DNA of 63,912 bases, the filler included, from Reticulomyxa filosa (taxonomy: Eukaryota; Protista; Foraminifera): NCBI GenBank assembly GCA_000512085.1. It is 24 parts of 24 records of this genome, joined end to end, with 100 filler letters (N's around TTAATTAATTAA, not from the genome) between each part and the next. Parts side by side here need not be neighbours in the genome. Positions count along the whole stretch, not along the records: positions 1 to 1,664 come from ASPP01035444.1; positions 1,765 to 4,811 come from ASPP01020678.1; positions 4,912 to 6,487 come from ASPP01033823.1; positions 6,588 to 11,879 come from ASPP01008739.1; positions 11,980 to 15,137 come from ASPP01024342.1; 19 more parts are not named here. One strand, given 5' to 3'. The position numbers and the translations under genes are program-made. Positions 1 through 12,609 of the stretch are shown here, one piece after another. The notes beneath the pieces were generated by a model. That model was given only the letters and a program-made list of their open reading frames with translations, was not told where the DNA came from and did not search any database. Numbering within the stretch: the stretch's first letter is position 1; every line of letters starts with the position of its first letter.

Positions 1-199
1 AAAAAAAGAAAATAGATAGTATATATAACACACATTACTTAACATTCAAATCTCAACATTTTGAAAAAAACGAATACTGACATTAATCGGCGATTGATAT
101 AAAGCATTGTTCACTATTTACAGTTGATATAAATAGTTGAACATTGCTTATTTCATTTACTAAAGATACGAACGTGTAATACTATCTTGTGATGATTTG

Positions 200-1664
200 T
201 AGATTCCTTGAGCATATCAAATCTCGCAAAGTTTATGCAATTGTGAAATGTATTGCATGTCCATATCTTTTGTTGTTTCGTTAATATCACAAAATATTTC
301 TTCAGCAAGGATTGAAGCTCCATTTCTGTTTTGACCTTTGCAGAAGCTTCAATGTTTCAGCCAATAAGTTGTTTCAATTCGACCCAATGGATGGACTCTT
401 CCGGCATTTGAGTGACTACAAACACACAGAGACATCACTGGAAAAGGTGTAGCTTGACGACGAAGAAACAGAAGGGGAAGTATCCCAGGCTTGATCGAAA
501 GGAGGGGGATTTGTATTAACAGATGGTTGTGGCTTCAAGACAATTATGAATAAGGGTAATGGCATTGGAAAGGGATAGAGGATAGTCATGTAAAAAGTGG
601 TCCGTCTGTGATATGTTAGCAGACGCATCATTGGAGTCATCAACAGATCGATACAAATAACTCACGTCATTGACATCAATTTTTCCAACGATCGGCAATT
701 TGCAGTATGTTTAGTTTTTTTTTTTTTTGGACATTGCGGGATTCACTTCTGTTTCTTCCAAAACAATGTAACGGCAGTCCAAACTCAAGCACATGCGCTT
801 TGTCTGTTTGTCCAATTCAATAATATCAGGTCGCATTTTTTGTTTTTTTTTTAAACGAGCATACGAGATCCATACAAGGTGATAAAGGCACTGTGGACCA
901 GTACCGCAATTCTTTCGTAATCTGTCATTTTGTATTTGACAGCAAGTTCCAGACAATTGTTGGCAACATGTCTTTGAAATTGATTCCATTCTTGGACAAG
1001 CTCGTCATTATTCGAAATTTATTTTGTTATCAATATCTGCATGTATTTATATTCACTGGGAAAATGGTCCATCTCTTCAAAGCAGTACAACAAATCCTGA
1101 AGCCAAACATTTGCCCAAATGCGCAAAATCCACACAACGAGGGTTGCCTGATTGCCATCCAATATTTGTATTTGGCCAATATATGTCAATAGCACTCCAA
1201 TTCCAAGCAAAAAATCACAGGGTTGACTACAGATTTGTCATTCAATACAAAAGAGTAAATATCTTATCAATTTCGTTCAGCAGAACACGCAGTAGTTCTT
1301 TTCCTTTTGATCGACTAAATTGAAAAGCATAAATACCCTCCGCCATGGTTGGATCGATCATGGAACATTTGTTGTTCCAAATACCAGTCAATGTCAATCT
1401 TGGTCCCAAACTTCGTTCGCTCTGCCAATCGTCGCGTTGATCACTCCGTCTTCGGACTTGGGTTCCGACTCCATTTTCAACTTTGACTCATACTCGGACC
1501 ACATATCCAAAGACTCTTTTTTTTTTTTTTTTTGGTACGCCTTGTTTGTATTGGCGTTTACTTTATCCTTTGGCAAAGTCGCGGATAGTATGAGTGAATA
1601 CGACCCAACACTGTTTTGTTTCTGTTCCTGTGATAGCCTCCTGTGCTGATAAATGCTAAGTCTT
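200..1664 (-). pseudogene. Decayed coding-like sequence, product unidentified
   Basis: Protein-like segments on the minus strand in alternating frames, broken by stops; no family recognised. Confidence 0.4.
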
Positions 1665-1764
1665 NNNNNNNNNNNNNNNNNNNNNNNNNNNNNNNNNNNN
1701 NNNNNNNNTTAATTAATTAANNNNNNNNNNNNNNNNNNNNNNNNNNNNNNNNNNNNNNNNNNNN
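1665..1764. other. Artificial contig linker N44-TTAATTAATTAA-N44, first of 23 (others start at 4812, 6488, 11880, 15138, 22784, 24815, 26050, 27231, 28587, 29906, 31903, 38299, 40324, 42911, 46482, 48732, 51052, 53458, 54706, 56463, 61344, 62798)
   Basis: Identical 100-bp spacer each time; the core gives stop codons in all six frames. Confidence 0.98.
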
Positions 1765-1784
1765 TTTTTTTTTTTGCACCCAAC

Positions 1785-2147
1785 TTGTAACAAAGATCCC
1801 AGCCCGTCAAATTTGCCATAATGAAAATCCTCATGTGACGCTTGTCCAATTTCCGCAGCACGACTACAGAATGGCACATGCGACTTGAAAAATGAATATG
1901 TTTCCTAGTGCAATTTGTTATGTGTTGTTTTTTTTGCCTTGTTTTATTTTTCTTTGAAACAGTGCTATCCACAGTGTGGGGTAATTGCGCTTGCACAATT
2001 CTTCAAAACTGTTGGGTTATTGAAAGGACCAACTTTGTTGACCCATATTAAGACTGGCTCTCCACGCTCATACTCGTGTGAAGCTTCGTCGCCTTTGACA
2101 TAAATATTCAAAAGTGACAATACCAAGCCAAGAAACAGTGGGCTCAT
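1785..2147 (-). CDS. TM9SF: Transmembrane 9 superfamily (nonaspanin/EMP70) protein, 5' part
   Basis: Signal peptide then DEASHEYERGEPVLIWVNKVGPFNNPT; removing GT-AG intron 2009..1905 gives ETYSFFKSHVPFC...DGLGSLLQ, matching the family N-terminus. Confidence 0.85.
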
Positions 2148-2983
2148 GGGTCTGCTACAATCAGGTATTCACTTATTTTATCTTTTTCCCACTTAAACAA
2201 TGAGAAGCGAACTGTTATGTCAATATTTTTGGTTATTTAAAAATATTGAAAAAGTAACCAGCAAAATTGAGAATGTGGAGAAGGGTAAAAAATTTCAGGT
2301 TTTTTTTAAAAACGAAACAAGTGATCGAATTTCATTCTCAATGCAATTGTTGAAAGAAATAGTACCTGATTTAGGAAAAAAAAGAGTATCTGGATTAGAA
2401 AACTAGTACAGCTTTGAAAATGCGGGAAACAATAACGGTTCTACTTTGAGAAAAAAAAACGTTATACTTTTATTCTTTCGAGTTGTTTATGTAAGAAGTT
2501 TTGATTTAAACAGCTTTTAAAGAATGACAAATCGGTTATTGCCTCTTTTACTAGTTTTCTGCAAAAGTGGAATGATATTTTCAGAATTCAACAGCAGATA
2601 TGCAAAGTATCAAATGGTACAATTTTTTTACAATAACTTTATATTATGACTTGATATATTTCTTAAAAACTTTATAAAAATAACTTGAAATGTTTAAATC
2701 AATATTATGGATACCTATAACGAGTGGACAGCTCAAATAATTTCTAAAATGTTGAAATTGTAAAAAATTTATAACAAGCTGATAAAAATGTTGAGAAAGT
2801 TTTTCTTTTATGTAACAATTTACCAATGAACAATTTGACAGTTTAAATTGGGAAATATAAGCAAGAAAGTAATTTTTAATAATTTTCAACAAACATTAAC
2901 TTGGAAATCGTGATAAAGAAATAGATAAATTGTTTAGTGTCCTTTTTTGGAAAATTGGCTTAAGAACGCAAATCGAACACATA

Positions 2984-3895
2984 ATGTACTCTTCCAAAAA
3001 AACATCAGAACCAAGATTGCCAACATTAAGAATCTTGGTCCTTGGAGACAGTGGTGTTGGAAAAACTAGCGTTTGTCGTCGAATTTGTCAGATAGGGGAG
3101 GGTAGTGGGAAAGGTGAACCGAACAATCAGTCAACGATCGGAGCAGATTTTCATGTGTTATTGCATGCATACAACCGAACAACCAATTATTTTATAGAGT
3201 TTATCGACTGCAGTGGCTCGGCAGATTATAAGATCTCACGTCCAATTTACTACCGGAAAGTTGATGGAATTTTGTTGGTATTTGATACGTATAATAAACG
3301 TTCGTACGAAAACTTGCACACATGGCTGAGAGATTTTTCGAATAACAGTGATGTCTTGCCAAGCGAAAAATTAGCGCTGGGGACGTTCCAAACAAAAGGG
3401 GGGAAAAGTTCGAAGCCTTCTTATTTCCACAAGTATGTGAAATGGATAATACCGAACTTGAAAGTGGTAGTCGAAAATCGAGATAATGACAAATCTAATA
3501 AGGATCTTTATGATATGAAAGAATGTGACGAAGACACGCCAGTGTTTATCATTGGCAACAAAATAGACAAATGTGAGCATAAGAACAAAGAAAGATTGTT
3601 GAATATTGTTCAAACTTTTGATACATCCAAAGACTTTGGTCACTCCTCCATTTTTGTTAGCACTTGCGACGACAAATATACTTTTTCTGAATTTTTTCAT
3701 TGGTTAAACACAATCATTGCAAAACTCGAACACAAATGCCACCACACTGAGACACCTACTTCAAGTGCAAATAACAACAATGGCAAAATTGAAAGTAGAA
3801 CCAATACGGTTGTTAAAAATAGACAGCATTACCCATACAATGACATGTTGTATGCAACTTATTTAAACACGGAGGACAAATATACACTTTTTTGA
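2984..3895 (+). CDS. RABL3: Rab-like small GTPase, RABL3/LIP1-like, intronless
   Basis: RILVLGDSGVGKT (G1), TIGADF, YFIEFIDCSGS (atypical G3), YYRKVDGILLVFD, GNKID (G4); no C-terminal prenylation Cys; ATG at 2984. Confidence 0.75.
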   Translation: MYSSKKTSEPRLPTLRILVLGDSGVGKTSVCRRICQIGEGSGKGEPNNQSTIGADFHVLLHAYNRTTNYFIEFIDCSGSADYKISRPIYYRKVDGILLVFDTYNKRSYENLHTWLRDFSNNSDVLPSEKLALGTFQTKGGKSSKPSYFHKYVKWIIPNLKVVVENRDNDKSNKDLYDMKECDEDTPVFIIGNKIDKCEHKNKERLLNIVQTFDTSKDFGHSSIFVSTCDDKYTFSEFFHWLNTIIAKLEHKCHHTETPTSSANNNNGKIESRTNTVVKNRQHYPYNDMLYATYLNTEDKYTLF

Positions 3896-4208
3896 ATACG
3901 CAATTGTCACAGCAATAGTTTTTTTTATTCTTATTTTTTCTTCATCTTCTTAACGAAATGCAAAATGAGTCCTCGTCAACCGGTGTGTTCTAGTTTACTT
4001 TTGAATAAAATACTTTTTTGGTTTTTGAAAAAAAATCAAAATAAATACATTATATTGAGTAATTGTTAATTTATGTTTGTGGTCAGAGTAATTGATTTGT
4101 TGGAAAAAAACAAGGAAGGGTCTTTTGAAATCTCAATAGCTTTTTTTTTTGGCAAAAATCATCGTGGGAGGGAAGAAAAAATAAAGATACTTTGGAGTGA
4201 AAAGAAAA

Positions 4209-4704
4209 ATGGCAGAAGGTTTGAAATCCTATCTATCTTTTTTTTTTTTTTCCCCCAAAGTCAATTTGAAAAAGACAAAAAAGTAGGTCCAACTTGAAAA
4301 CACGCAAATAGATGGTGGATTGAAAATAAAAGTATTTGTGGACGAAGGAAAAGAAGAAAAAAAAGAGAAATGCACAAGCAAGATATTGGAATTTTCGACA
4401 AGAGATCCACAACAGCTGACCTATGATGAACTGCGTGAGAAAATAATAAGCGAGTTTAAGCCCAGCATTCCAGGCATTTTGGACGATAATTATTCGGTGA
4501 ACGTAAAATGGAAGGTGGTGTCATTCAAAGACGCAGCTGAGTTATTGGAAGACACGAGCAGGGACATCGACATCAATGACGATGATACATTGAAGCAAGA
4601 ATTTGAGGACGCAGAGTCCGACAATGAAAGTGATCAAAGTAACCAAAGTGATCAAAGTAGCCAAAGTGACAAAAAGAACTTAAAACTGCTTATCAAGAGA
4701 TTCG
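4209..4704 (+). CDS. Protein with N-terminal PB1/ubiquitin-like domain, 5' part
   Basis: ATG 4209 plus intron 4219-4311 gives MAEDGGLKIKVFVD...LTYDELREKI...DIDINDDDTLKQEF (OPCA-like acidic motif); 9-bp tandem repeat encoding SDQ/SNQ at ~4626-4670. Confidence 0.55.
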
Positions 4705-4771
4705 GTAAAGTTTTTTTTTGTGTTGTTCGAACGTTATTAGTCCCTCTGAAAAAGAACAAAAATTGGAGTGG

Positions 4772-4811
<40 letters not shown>

Positions 4812-5502
4812 NNNNNNNNNNNNNNNNNNNNNNNNNNNNNNNNNNNNNNNNNNNNTTAATTAATTAANNNNNNNNNNNNNNNNNNNNNNNNNNNNNNNNN
4901 NNNNNNNNNNNTTTTCACTAATCTTACAGAAATAATATACATAATATAAGTGAAAAAATACATTTGAAAAGACAGAAAAGCAAAATAATAACTGAATATC
5001 CCACCAATGGAATATATGAATACTTATAATGATATTAGTTTTATCTATCTTGTCAACAACCTGACAACGAAAAGAAAATAATCAAATGCAAAGGAGTACT
5101 TCTGCAACAGATTATTTACATTGGTAATAACACCAATAAATGGTCCATATTGAAATTATTTGGAAAAAATGAAAAATACATTAGAGTGGATTACGTTTTC
5201 ATCAACTTGGAGAACAATGTATTTATATTTTAATGTAAAAGTATTAGTTGAAAATTTACATGAAATTACTGTCAAAATTAATCAAAGACAACAATTAAGT
5301 GTAGAAAATAAAAAAAGTTAGGAGCCAATCAGAAAATAATGGCATGTTCAGTTTTTGACTCAAATTATGTAAAAAAAAGATTGCAAAATGTTAAAGATGT
5401 TAAAAATCCGGATATGCATTATAGAAAAATGCAGACATTGAAAGAACAAATCTAAACGTGGAAAAAGTCATATTGAAAGTATTATTTGCAAATTAGCAAA
5501 TA

Positions 5503-6310
5503 TTGCAAGAGTGGTCAATACAAATTTGTTTTAAATTTGCATCATGCGAAGCATTTAATAACAATCGTAATAGAAAATGTTTTGTATTAAATCATTACAA
5601 CAATGAATGCACAAGAAAAAAGAAGTGCAAATATTGTATAAAATCAAAAAACTGTTTTTATAAATACAAACAAAGTAAACATAAATGTATATTGTGTCAT
5701 GAAAAACATTTCAGTGACTCTATCTTATGTACAGTTATTCAAAGACATTAATATGAAGTTTTTTGCTTTTTCGTGATCAATTGACTCTAAAAAAAGGACA
5801 AAAAGGAAATACAATTGAAAATAAAACACAAGAAACAAAAAAGATAGAGTCAATAGAATACGTAATAACCAAAATTAAAGTCAAAACAAACAGAAAAACA
5901 ATAATCAAAATGAAAAACCCAACTGTTGGAGCAAAATATCCAAAGGAAAATATAGCAATAATAGTCTTCAATTTCAAAATTTATATAGGAAGATACTCAA
6001 GAAGCTATTCTATCAATTTAGGTCAATACATTCTAACAAAATTGGAGTCATTCATAATATCATTTATCAAATGATAAACCAGGCAATCAGCACATGTAAA
6101 AATTATAGAGTGATTGCATTACTGTACGGCGTTGGTAAATTATTAGAAAAAAACACTATGAAGTTAATGTGGTACCTAAATAAAAACAAGCTAATACACC
6201 ATTGTATGCATATGCACTTTGGAATATTGTAGTTGAATTACATAAACGACATCTTGACAGAACCCAAAGATTGTCAGTTTGCAGAATTATTGGAGTTATG
6301 AATAGCAGTA
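5503..6310 (+). mobile_element. Internally deleted non-LTR retrotransposon relic (Gag zinc knuckles plus RT remnants)
   Basis: KCFVLNHYNNEC / CKYC / CILCHEKHFSDSILC triple knuckle; KNYRVIALLYGVGKLLEK at ~6100 (RT NYRPISLL..GKLLE motif); YAYALWN and LDRTQR...RIIGV thumb remnants; many stops. Confidence 0.7.
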
Positions 6311-6587
6311 AATGTAATGTCATAAATATATAATCAGATTTTTCATAAATGCATTTGATAGTCGTCTAAATTTCCTTATCATAATATGACTATAGCAATC
6401 ATTATATAGAAAAGAAATCATAATATCACACCAAAAATTCCAACATTTAATCATTTTAATCAATAAATAATATATTTTTTCAATATCNNNNNNNNNNNNN
6501 NNNNNNNNNNNNNNNNNNNNNNNNNNNNNNNTTAATTAATTAANNNNNNNNNNNNNNNNNNNNNNNNNNNNNNNNNNNNNNNNNNNN

Positions 6588-6599
6588 TTTTTTTTTTTT

Positions 6600-6630
<31 letters not shown>

Positions 6631-9210
6631 GTGATTCAATTGCATTAACAAAACATGTTTCGTTGTTTCTAAACTTATTTTTTTTTGTCGTGCTTCCAAC
6701 CAAATCAAATTTGGTGTCAAAGTGTTGCAACAAAGCCTTGATTTGCTGCTGCAGCAATGCAACCGTTTCTCTTTTTTTTGATGGATGGACAAGAGGCGCA
6801 ACACCGGCCCCCTTGGCACTGGGATTCTTGTGGCCTTCGATGGCCCGAATATGCTCGTAGTTCTTGACTAATTGCAAGACAGTGCCTGCGAGTTCTTTTT
6901 TGGACGTCGCAAAGAATTGCATCCAAACTTTTTTTTCGCTTTCGCTCAAAAGCGACATTATCCCTAACAAAACGTTGACACGACTGACAAAGTCGGCATC
7001 GCCACCTTTGGACTTCTTGCCCACAGTCTTGTTTGTCTTTTCTTCTTCTTTCCTTTTGCTCTTGTCGTCCGCACCTCTCATCACATTTTCCTCAAATAAT
7101 TTTTCCACTTTGATTCTAATGAGTTCGTTGCATTTATACGTCATAAGCAAATAAACAAATATATGTACATATATATATATGTACATATATTTGATTAAAA
7201 AAAACAAAACCTGGAAGACAGATCTAATCGAGATAACCGACCAACCATGGCCGGTATGATTGGCAAGAATACTTTATTTTTTTTTGGCAAAGGTGAGTTT
7301 GCTTTCCAGAACGAAGCGACGTGCTTGGCGAACCACGAGCAGCATCCGCCAATGGCGTCCAAGCGGATGGATGCTTTAGTGTCCACCACCCTTCTCACCA
7401 ACGCGTCAATCACGTGGTGGTCCACCACCGCTTCGTTGGTCAGTCCAATGTGCACCATACTCTTCACCACCACATGCCGTACATTTTCGTCAAAGTCTTT
7501 CGATCGCGTCACCAAATGTTCCAACAGCTCTTGCATGTAAGCGCCGCTTTGGTTCAGTATTAACTTTTCCAAGTGTTCGCACATCACCTTTCGCTTACCT
7601 TTTTTTTTTTTTTATTTTTTTTTTTGCAAGACAACGTTTTTCAAACAGAATGGAGAGGTACATAACATCTTCTTCTTCTTCCCCTCCTCCTCCCTCCCCC
7701 CCCCCTCCCCTCCTTATAAATATATAAACTTGAGGCTCTTTGTCGTCGAATCGTTTTAAAAATAAGGAAAAAATGGACGACCACTCTTTGTTCAATTCGA
7801 TTTTATTGCCTGGAGCGGAAAACATTTGACAAAACATTTTGACAGCGGCGACGCGTCTTTCATTGTCTTCGTCTTCCAACACGTTGTAAAAATAGGGCAG
7901 CAAGTCTGTCATGTACTCATTATCGACTTTTTGAAGCTCCGATATTAGCGACACTTGCATTTGATATCTCCTCTCTTCTCTGTCCACACCTGCTTTTTTA
8001 CCTTTGTCCTCTTCCTCTTCCTCCTTCTCCTTCTCCTTTGTTATCAATGGCGTCCATGTCTTTTTCTCCTTGTCTTCGCTTGCATTCGCATCTGCACTAG
8101 CGTTCTCATTCGTTCTTTTCGCTTCCGTTGTCTCCTCTTTCATTTCTTCGTCCAATAGCTTTTCCATTTTACGCCAACTCTTTTCATTTTCACGTCCTTT
8201 TTTTTAAAAAAAAATTTAAAAAATTGTACACGTCATCCAAATAACACACCGAAGTGAGAAAAAAAAACTAGGTATTGATAAGAGGCTCTTTCTTTTTCTC
8301 AAAAAAATATATATACAAAAAAAAAAAAGGGCTCTGACCTTCTTGCTTTGCTTTTTTAGCTTGAGTGGGGTCCTTGAGCACTTGTAGCATGTAGTCTTCG
8401 ACGGTCTTCTTCATGTCGGCGTGAGTGCGTCGTAGTATTTTACTGGCCAAGTCGTAGCGCATGGGGAACATATGCTTGTAGGGACTGCACAGGTGCAGCA
8501 ACAAGTAGCTCACCAAATCTCTGTCTACTTTGTCCTCCGATTGCTCGATTATTCCAACTATTATCGTCTGAATGTGGAACAACACCTGCTGTTCTTGCGT
8601 TGGTGATACCACTGAAAATAAACGACGAACTAATTCCATTAACTTTTTTTTTTAAAAAAATTATTTCTTAAAAAAATGTATACGTATGTGGTGTTTTCAA
8701 AAAAAAAAAAAGAAGGTACTAAACCAAAGAACGACCGTTCTTGCAATTAAACAGCAATGCAAATAATGTGTATACTGACAAGTTTTCTAGGATTCGAAAA
8801 TGCAGTTGATATGTGTCCGAATTGATGGTAGAGTCTGATTGTTGTTTGAGTCCGGTCAGCTGATGGAACATTAGTGAGAACATTTGCAGAATCATGTCTT
8901 CGTCAGCTAACGGACCGGAAGGTGCGTACAAACGACACAAATCCGCGTAACAACACCCCAACAACAATCGAATACTTTCGTCACCGTGCTTCAATAACCC
9001 ACTCAAAAATAATGATGGGATCAAATATGTTTTCAATTTCACTTTCATCTCTTCTTCTTCTTTCACCATCCGCACCAAAACTGCTGATACTTTTTCTAGT
9101 CTTGACTTCAACACTCCAGGCTTCAACGACGAATCAATGAAACCTTTGGCGGAAACTTCAACGATTTCCGATTCGGTAAGGACAGAGGAAGATTGACTCA
9201 TTTCTGCCAT
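6588..9210 (-). CDS. PDS5: Sister chromatid cohesion protein PDS5 (HEAT repeats), 3'-truncated, multi-exon
   Basis: LLKHGDESIRLLLGCCYADLCRLYAP, FRILENLS, FLKRFDDKEPQ, RSKDFDENVR motifs; introns 8724..8643 and 8338..8197 restore the frame. Confidence 0.9.
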
Positions 9211-11808
9211 CTAATCTTTGATAGCTAGACGAATATGCAAGTTCCGAACTTTTACAAAAAAACAAAAAAATTTATTGTTTTCAAACCACTTTTCGTTGTA
9301 CAACTTTGCAATATGATATTCTGTGATCATATCCGTAATATATTGCAAAAAATTAAATCTTTCCACTTGAAGACTACTGATTTTCTCATAAAAAATAGTA
9401 CACATGGATAAAAGCAATGAAACATTATAAATTTTAAGTTTTAGTGTATGTCTTAAAATTTAATATATTATAAGAATATCAAAATTTAGCATTACATAAT
9501 ATTGTATTTTTAATCAGGTCTGATAACTGCAAAGGGAAATGTGCATGAATTTATGCATATTGTTTTCCAGAATTAGTCGTTCATTATTCAATTTTTTTAG
9601 TGTAGGGACAGTTTTTTTCCCACACAAACAAATTTTAAGTTGTGACTGTGATAATTTGACAAAAATACATTTAAACTTCTTGAAATTTGATTGATAATTG
9701 AATAGTTGGATATTTTCAATTATTTTTTTAACGATTTGTGATTTTGAAATTTTAACTTGATAATGTATTAAAAAAATCAACTTAATTAAACACAATTTTA
9801 CAAAAAAAAAGGTACGTGAACATTTCAAACAACCACTCAATCCCTTTTGTTCTTGTCAATTGTCCAATTTCTTAGTTGCCAAAATGTGCAAGTTTAGCGG
9901 CGAAAGAATTTATGAAGTGATTGTGAATGGATCGACTGTCTGAGTTGACATTGACACAAACTAAAAGTCCATAAGAATTGTCCGACTTGTCACTGACGCA
10001 CTTGGGCATATGAAGCATTGCGTTGATGTCGCGCTTTGATTTTGCAAAGATAAGTGATATGAACAAGCTAAAGAAACATTTTTATACAAACTTTTTGAAC
10101 GATAATAGGTTTTTCAATTGCAAAATTGATCCAGCAGCTATGTCATTTGGTCGACAATCTAAATTATGTATAATTAAAAAAAAATAAAAAATTATCAATA
10201 ATAAAGATCAAATAAGAATAATCAAACACACTAACAAATAACTACTGAATAGGTTTTGTACTATTAATATAAGTGGTGTTATAAGAGCGATAAAGTCCGA
10301 TATAAAAAGGAACAAGCTGTTGAAAAAAAGTTGAAATTGGACTAGTCATACAAAATATATTTAGTCCAGTAAAATGGATTTGTAAATCAGAATGCCAATG
10401 TTTGTACTGTCACATTGTTGGCCCCGATATTGAATGACAATGGCAACAGCAAAGACGACATGTCTTTTGATGTTTGGTGCAGTCGATAGTACTGTTAGAT
10501 GAAGCTGTGGCAAGTAGTTCCTTAAGTTCATCAGCAAAGTTGATATTTACATTTCATTAGTCAAGTTAATAACGCAACAAGTAACAAATGGTTTCGTTTT
10601 AATTTTTTGTTCGTGTCAGAAACGTATACTTTGCAAGACGATTTAGTTCTCTATCAAACAGATTACAAAAAATTTTTAATCGAAAACACAATAACACAAG
10701 TTTTTATAAGTTTTGTATAAATTTTTTTAATCTGTTTTTTATTATTAATAATAATTTTCTATTTAACGTTGATGTTGTTTTTTTAATAGAAATATTACGC
10801 TGTAAAAAAATATAGATTGTTATTTTGAATTTATATTGAAAAATTATGAAACATCAACTTGCATATTTAGAAGAGAAAATGAAAAATTAACTAAAAATTG
10901 TCAAAGATTAGATCTAGTTGTATTGATACAAAATCTGAAATATACAATTTCTGATTGAACATGTTGAAATCTCAATACGACTTGACTGCCAGCGTGCAAT
11001 GAATAAGATCGAAAATCTAAATTCCAAATGAGTAAATCTTTTTAACGAAGATTTAAATTGAAATGTCAATTGAAGCAAATACTTCAATTAAAAATTCGTT
11101 TGAATAATATTTTGTAAAAATATATATTTTTATTCAATACATAATATATATAATGTTGTTATGAATAATTTTAGCAATACAATTGACTATTTGTGTTTGA
11201 AATAGCGATCGTAGTGTCGATACTTTACATAACGTGTTAGACGAACGTCATATTGATATATGCAAAAAAATTTAGAAGCTATGTTCAAGAAAAACTTAAA
11301 CTGCTTTATCATAATTAGTATTGGACTGCAAAAAATTAAATCAAGCACGCGATTTTCTACGAATATATCTTTCCGCTTTGGGACAGCTTCACAATCAAAT
11401 GATTAATTGTTGTAAATTAAATAAATAATATATTGAAAAACTATTCAAATGAAATTAAACTTCTTGTACTTGATGACAGAGACTTACGTGATTGTATAAA
11501 ATGATCTTTTTATTTTATAATATCTCCAAGATAGAAAAAAAAATGAACACAAGAAATTTATGAACACTAGTTGTGTTTGGTGTGATCAATAAATTTTATT
11601 TACCTGATTTGAAAATGATATTGCAAAGTGGAAACATAAATGTATGCTCCACAAAAGTATATTCAAATGTCATTAATAATGACAACAACATTTGATTTTC
11701 GTTTATTCGATACAAATTGTAGCTTTAGCAGTGATAACAAATAGTTCCAATATTTTGTCAAAGTATTTGTCATGCTTTTGAACAGATTCCAAATCTTTTT
11801 TAGTTTAG

Positions 11809-11879
11809 TACAGTAAGTTGCAAAGAAAACTGAACGCATAAAACATATCTTATGATAATAATTGATTTTCTCAATGAAA
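11809..11879 (+). mobile_element. Tc1/mariner-like terminal inverted repeat at a contig end
   Basis: TA-CAGTAAGTTGCAAAGAAAACTGAACGCATAAAAC, near-identical to 51001 and, inverted, 61444. Confidence 0.7.
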
Positions 11880-11979
11880 NNNNNNNNNNNNNNNNNNNNN
11901 NNNNNNNNNNNNNNNNNNNNNNNTTAATTAATTAANNNNNNNNNNNNNNNNNNNNNNNNNNNNNNNNNNNNNNNNNNNN

Positions 11980-12609
11980 TCAAAATCATTACATATTTTC
12001 AATGGACATGAAGATGGTATTTGTTGTGTTGATATTTCACCACTACAAAGCAATACCAAACATGACAATAAAATGAATAATATTGGTGTGATTGGTGGAA
12101 ATGGATATACAATTTGTTCTGGATCATATGATGAAACCATTCGAATATGGGATATTGAAACAATTAAACAACTCAATGTATTCAAAGGACATACAGATTA
12201 TGTGAGGAGTGTAAAATATGGATCAAATGAATTATTAAATACAATATTATCTGGATCAGATGATAAAAGCGTTCGTATGTGGGATATTCGATCTGGTGAA
12301 CAAATCCAAATGTTCAATGGGCATACAAGCTATGTATCGTCTGTTGAATATTCACCATTTGTAATAAAGAATAGTATTGGTAATTTAAGTGCGATATGTT
12401 CTGGATCAGTTGATAATACAATTCATTTTTGGGATATTCGATCAAATAAGAATGAATTGTATATTATTAAAGGAGATAACAAAGAAGATGATGGAATATA
12501 TTGCCTTAAATTTATTTTATTGAAAAAGAAAGATAAGACTAAGAATGTTGCATATGATTTGAATTTGTGTTATGGTTCACGTAAAGGTCCCATTCGTATT
12601 TGGGGATAA
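11980..12609 (+). CDS. WD40-repeat protein, 3' part (lineage-expanded type)
   Basis: Repeated GH...V..V.YS...ICSGS.D.TIRIWDI units ending GPIRIWG-stop; frame is open from the contig edge. Confidence 0.9.
   Translation, partial: SKSLHIFNGHEDGICCVDISPLQSNTKHDNKMNNIGVIGGNGYTICSGSYDETIRIWDIETIKQLNVFKGHTDYVRSVKYGSNELLNTILSGSDDKSVRMWDIRSGEQIQMFNGHTSYVSSVEYSPFVIKNSIGNLSAICSGSVDNTIHFWDIRSNKNELYIIKGDNKEDDGIYCLKFILLKKKDKTKNVAYDLNLCYGSRKGPIRIWG

Noticed and set aside
1709-1720. Regularly recurring TTAATTAATTAA as a CRISPR-like or biological repeat
   Set aside because: It is always centred in exactly 44+44 Ns, so it is an artificial concatenation linker
5763-6074. Short F/K/I-rich or antisense ORFs in the track (also e.g. 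23992, 36043, 45180)
   Set aside because: They are translations of homopolymers, microsatellites or the antisense strand of real genes
11150-11700. Possible decayed HEAT-repeat family copy
   Set aside because: Too degenerate to translate convincingly
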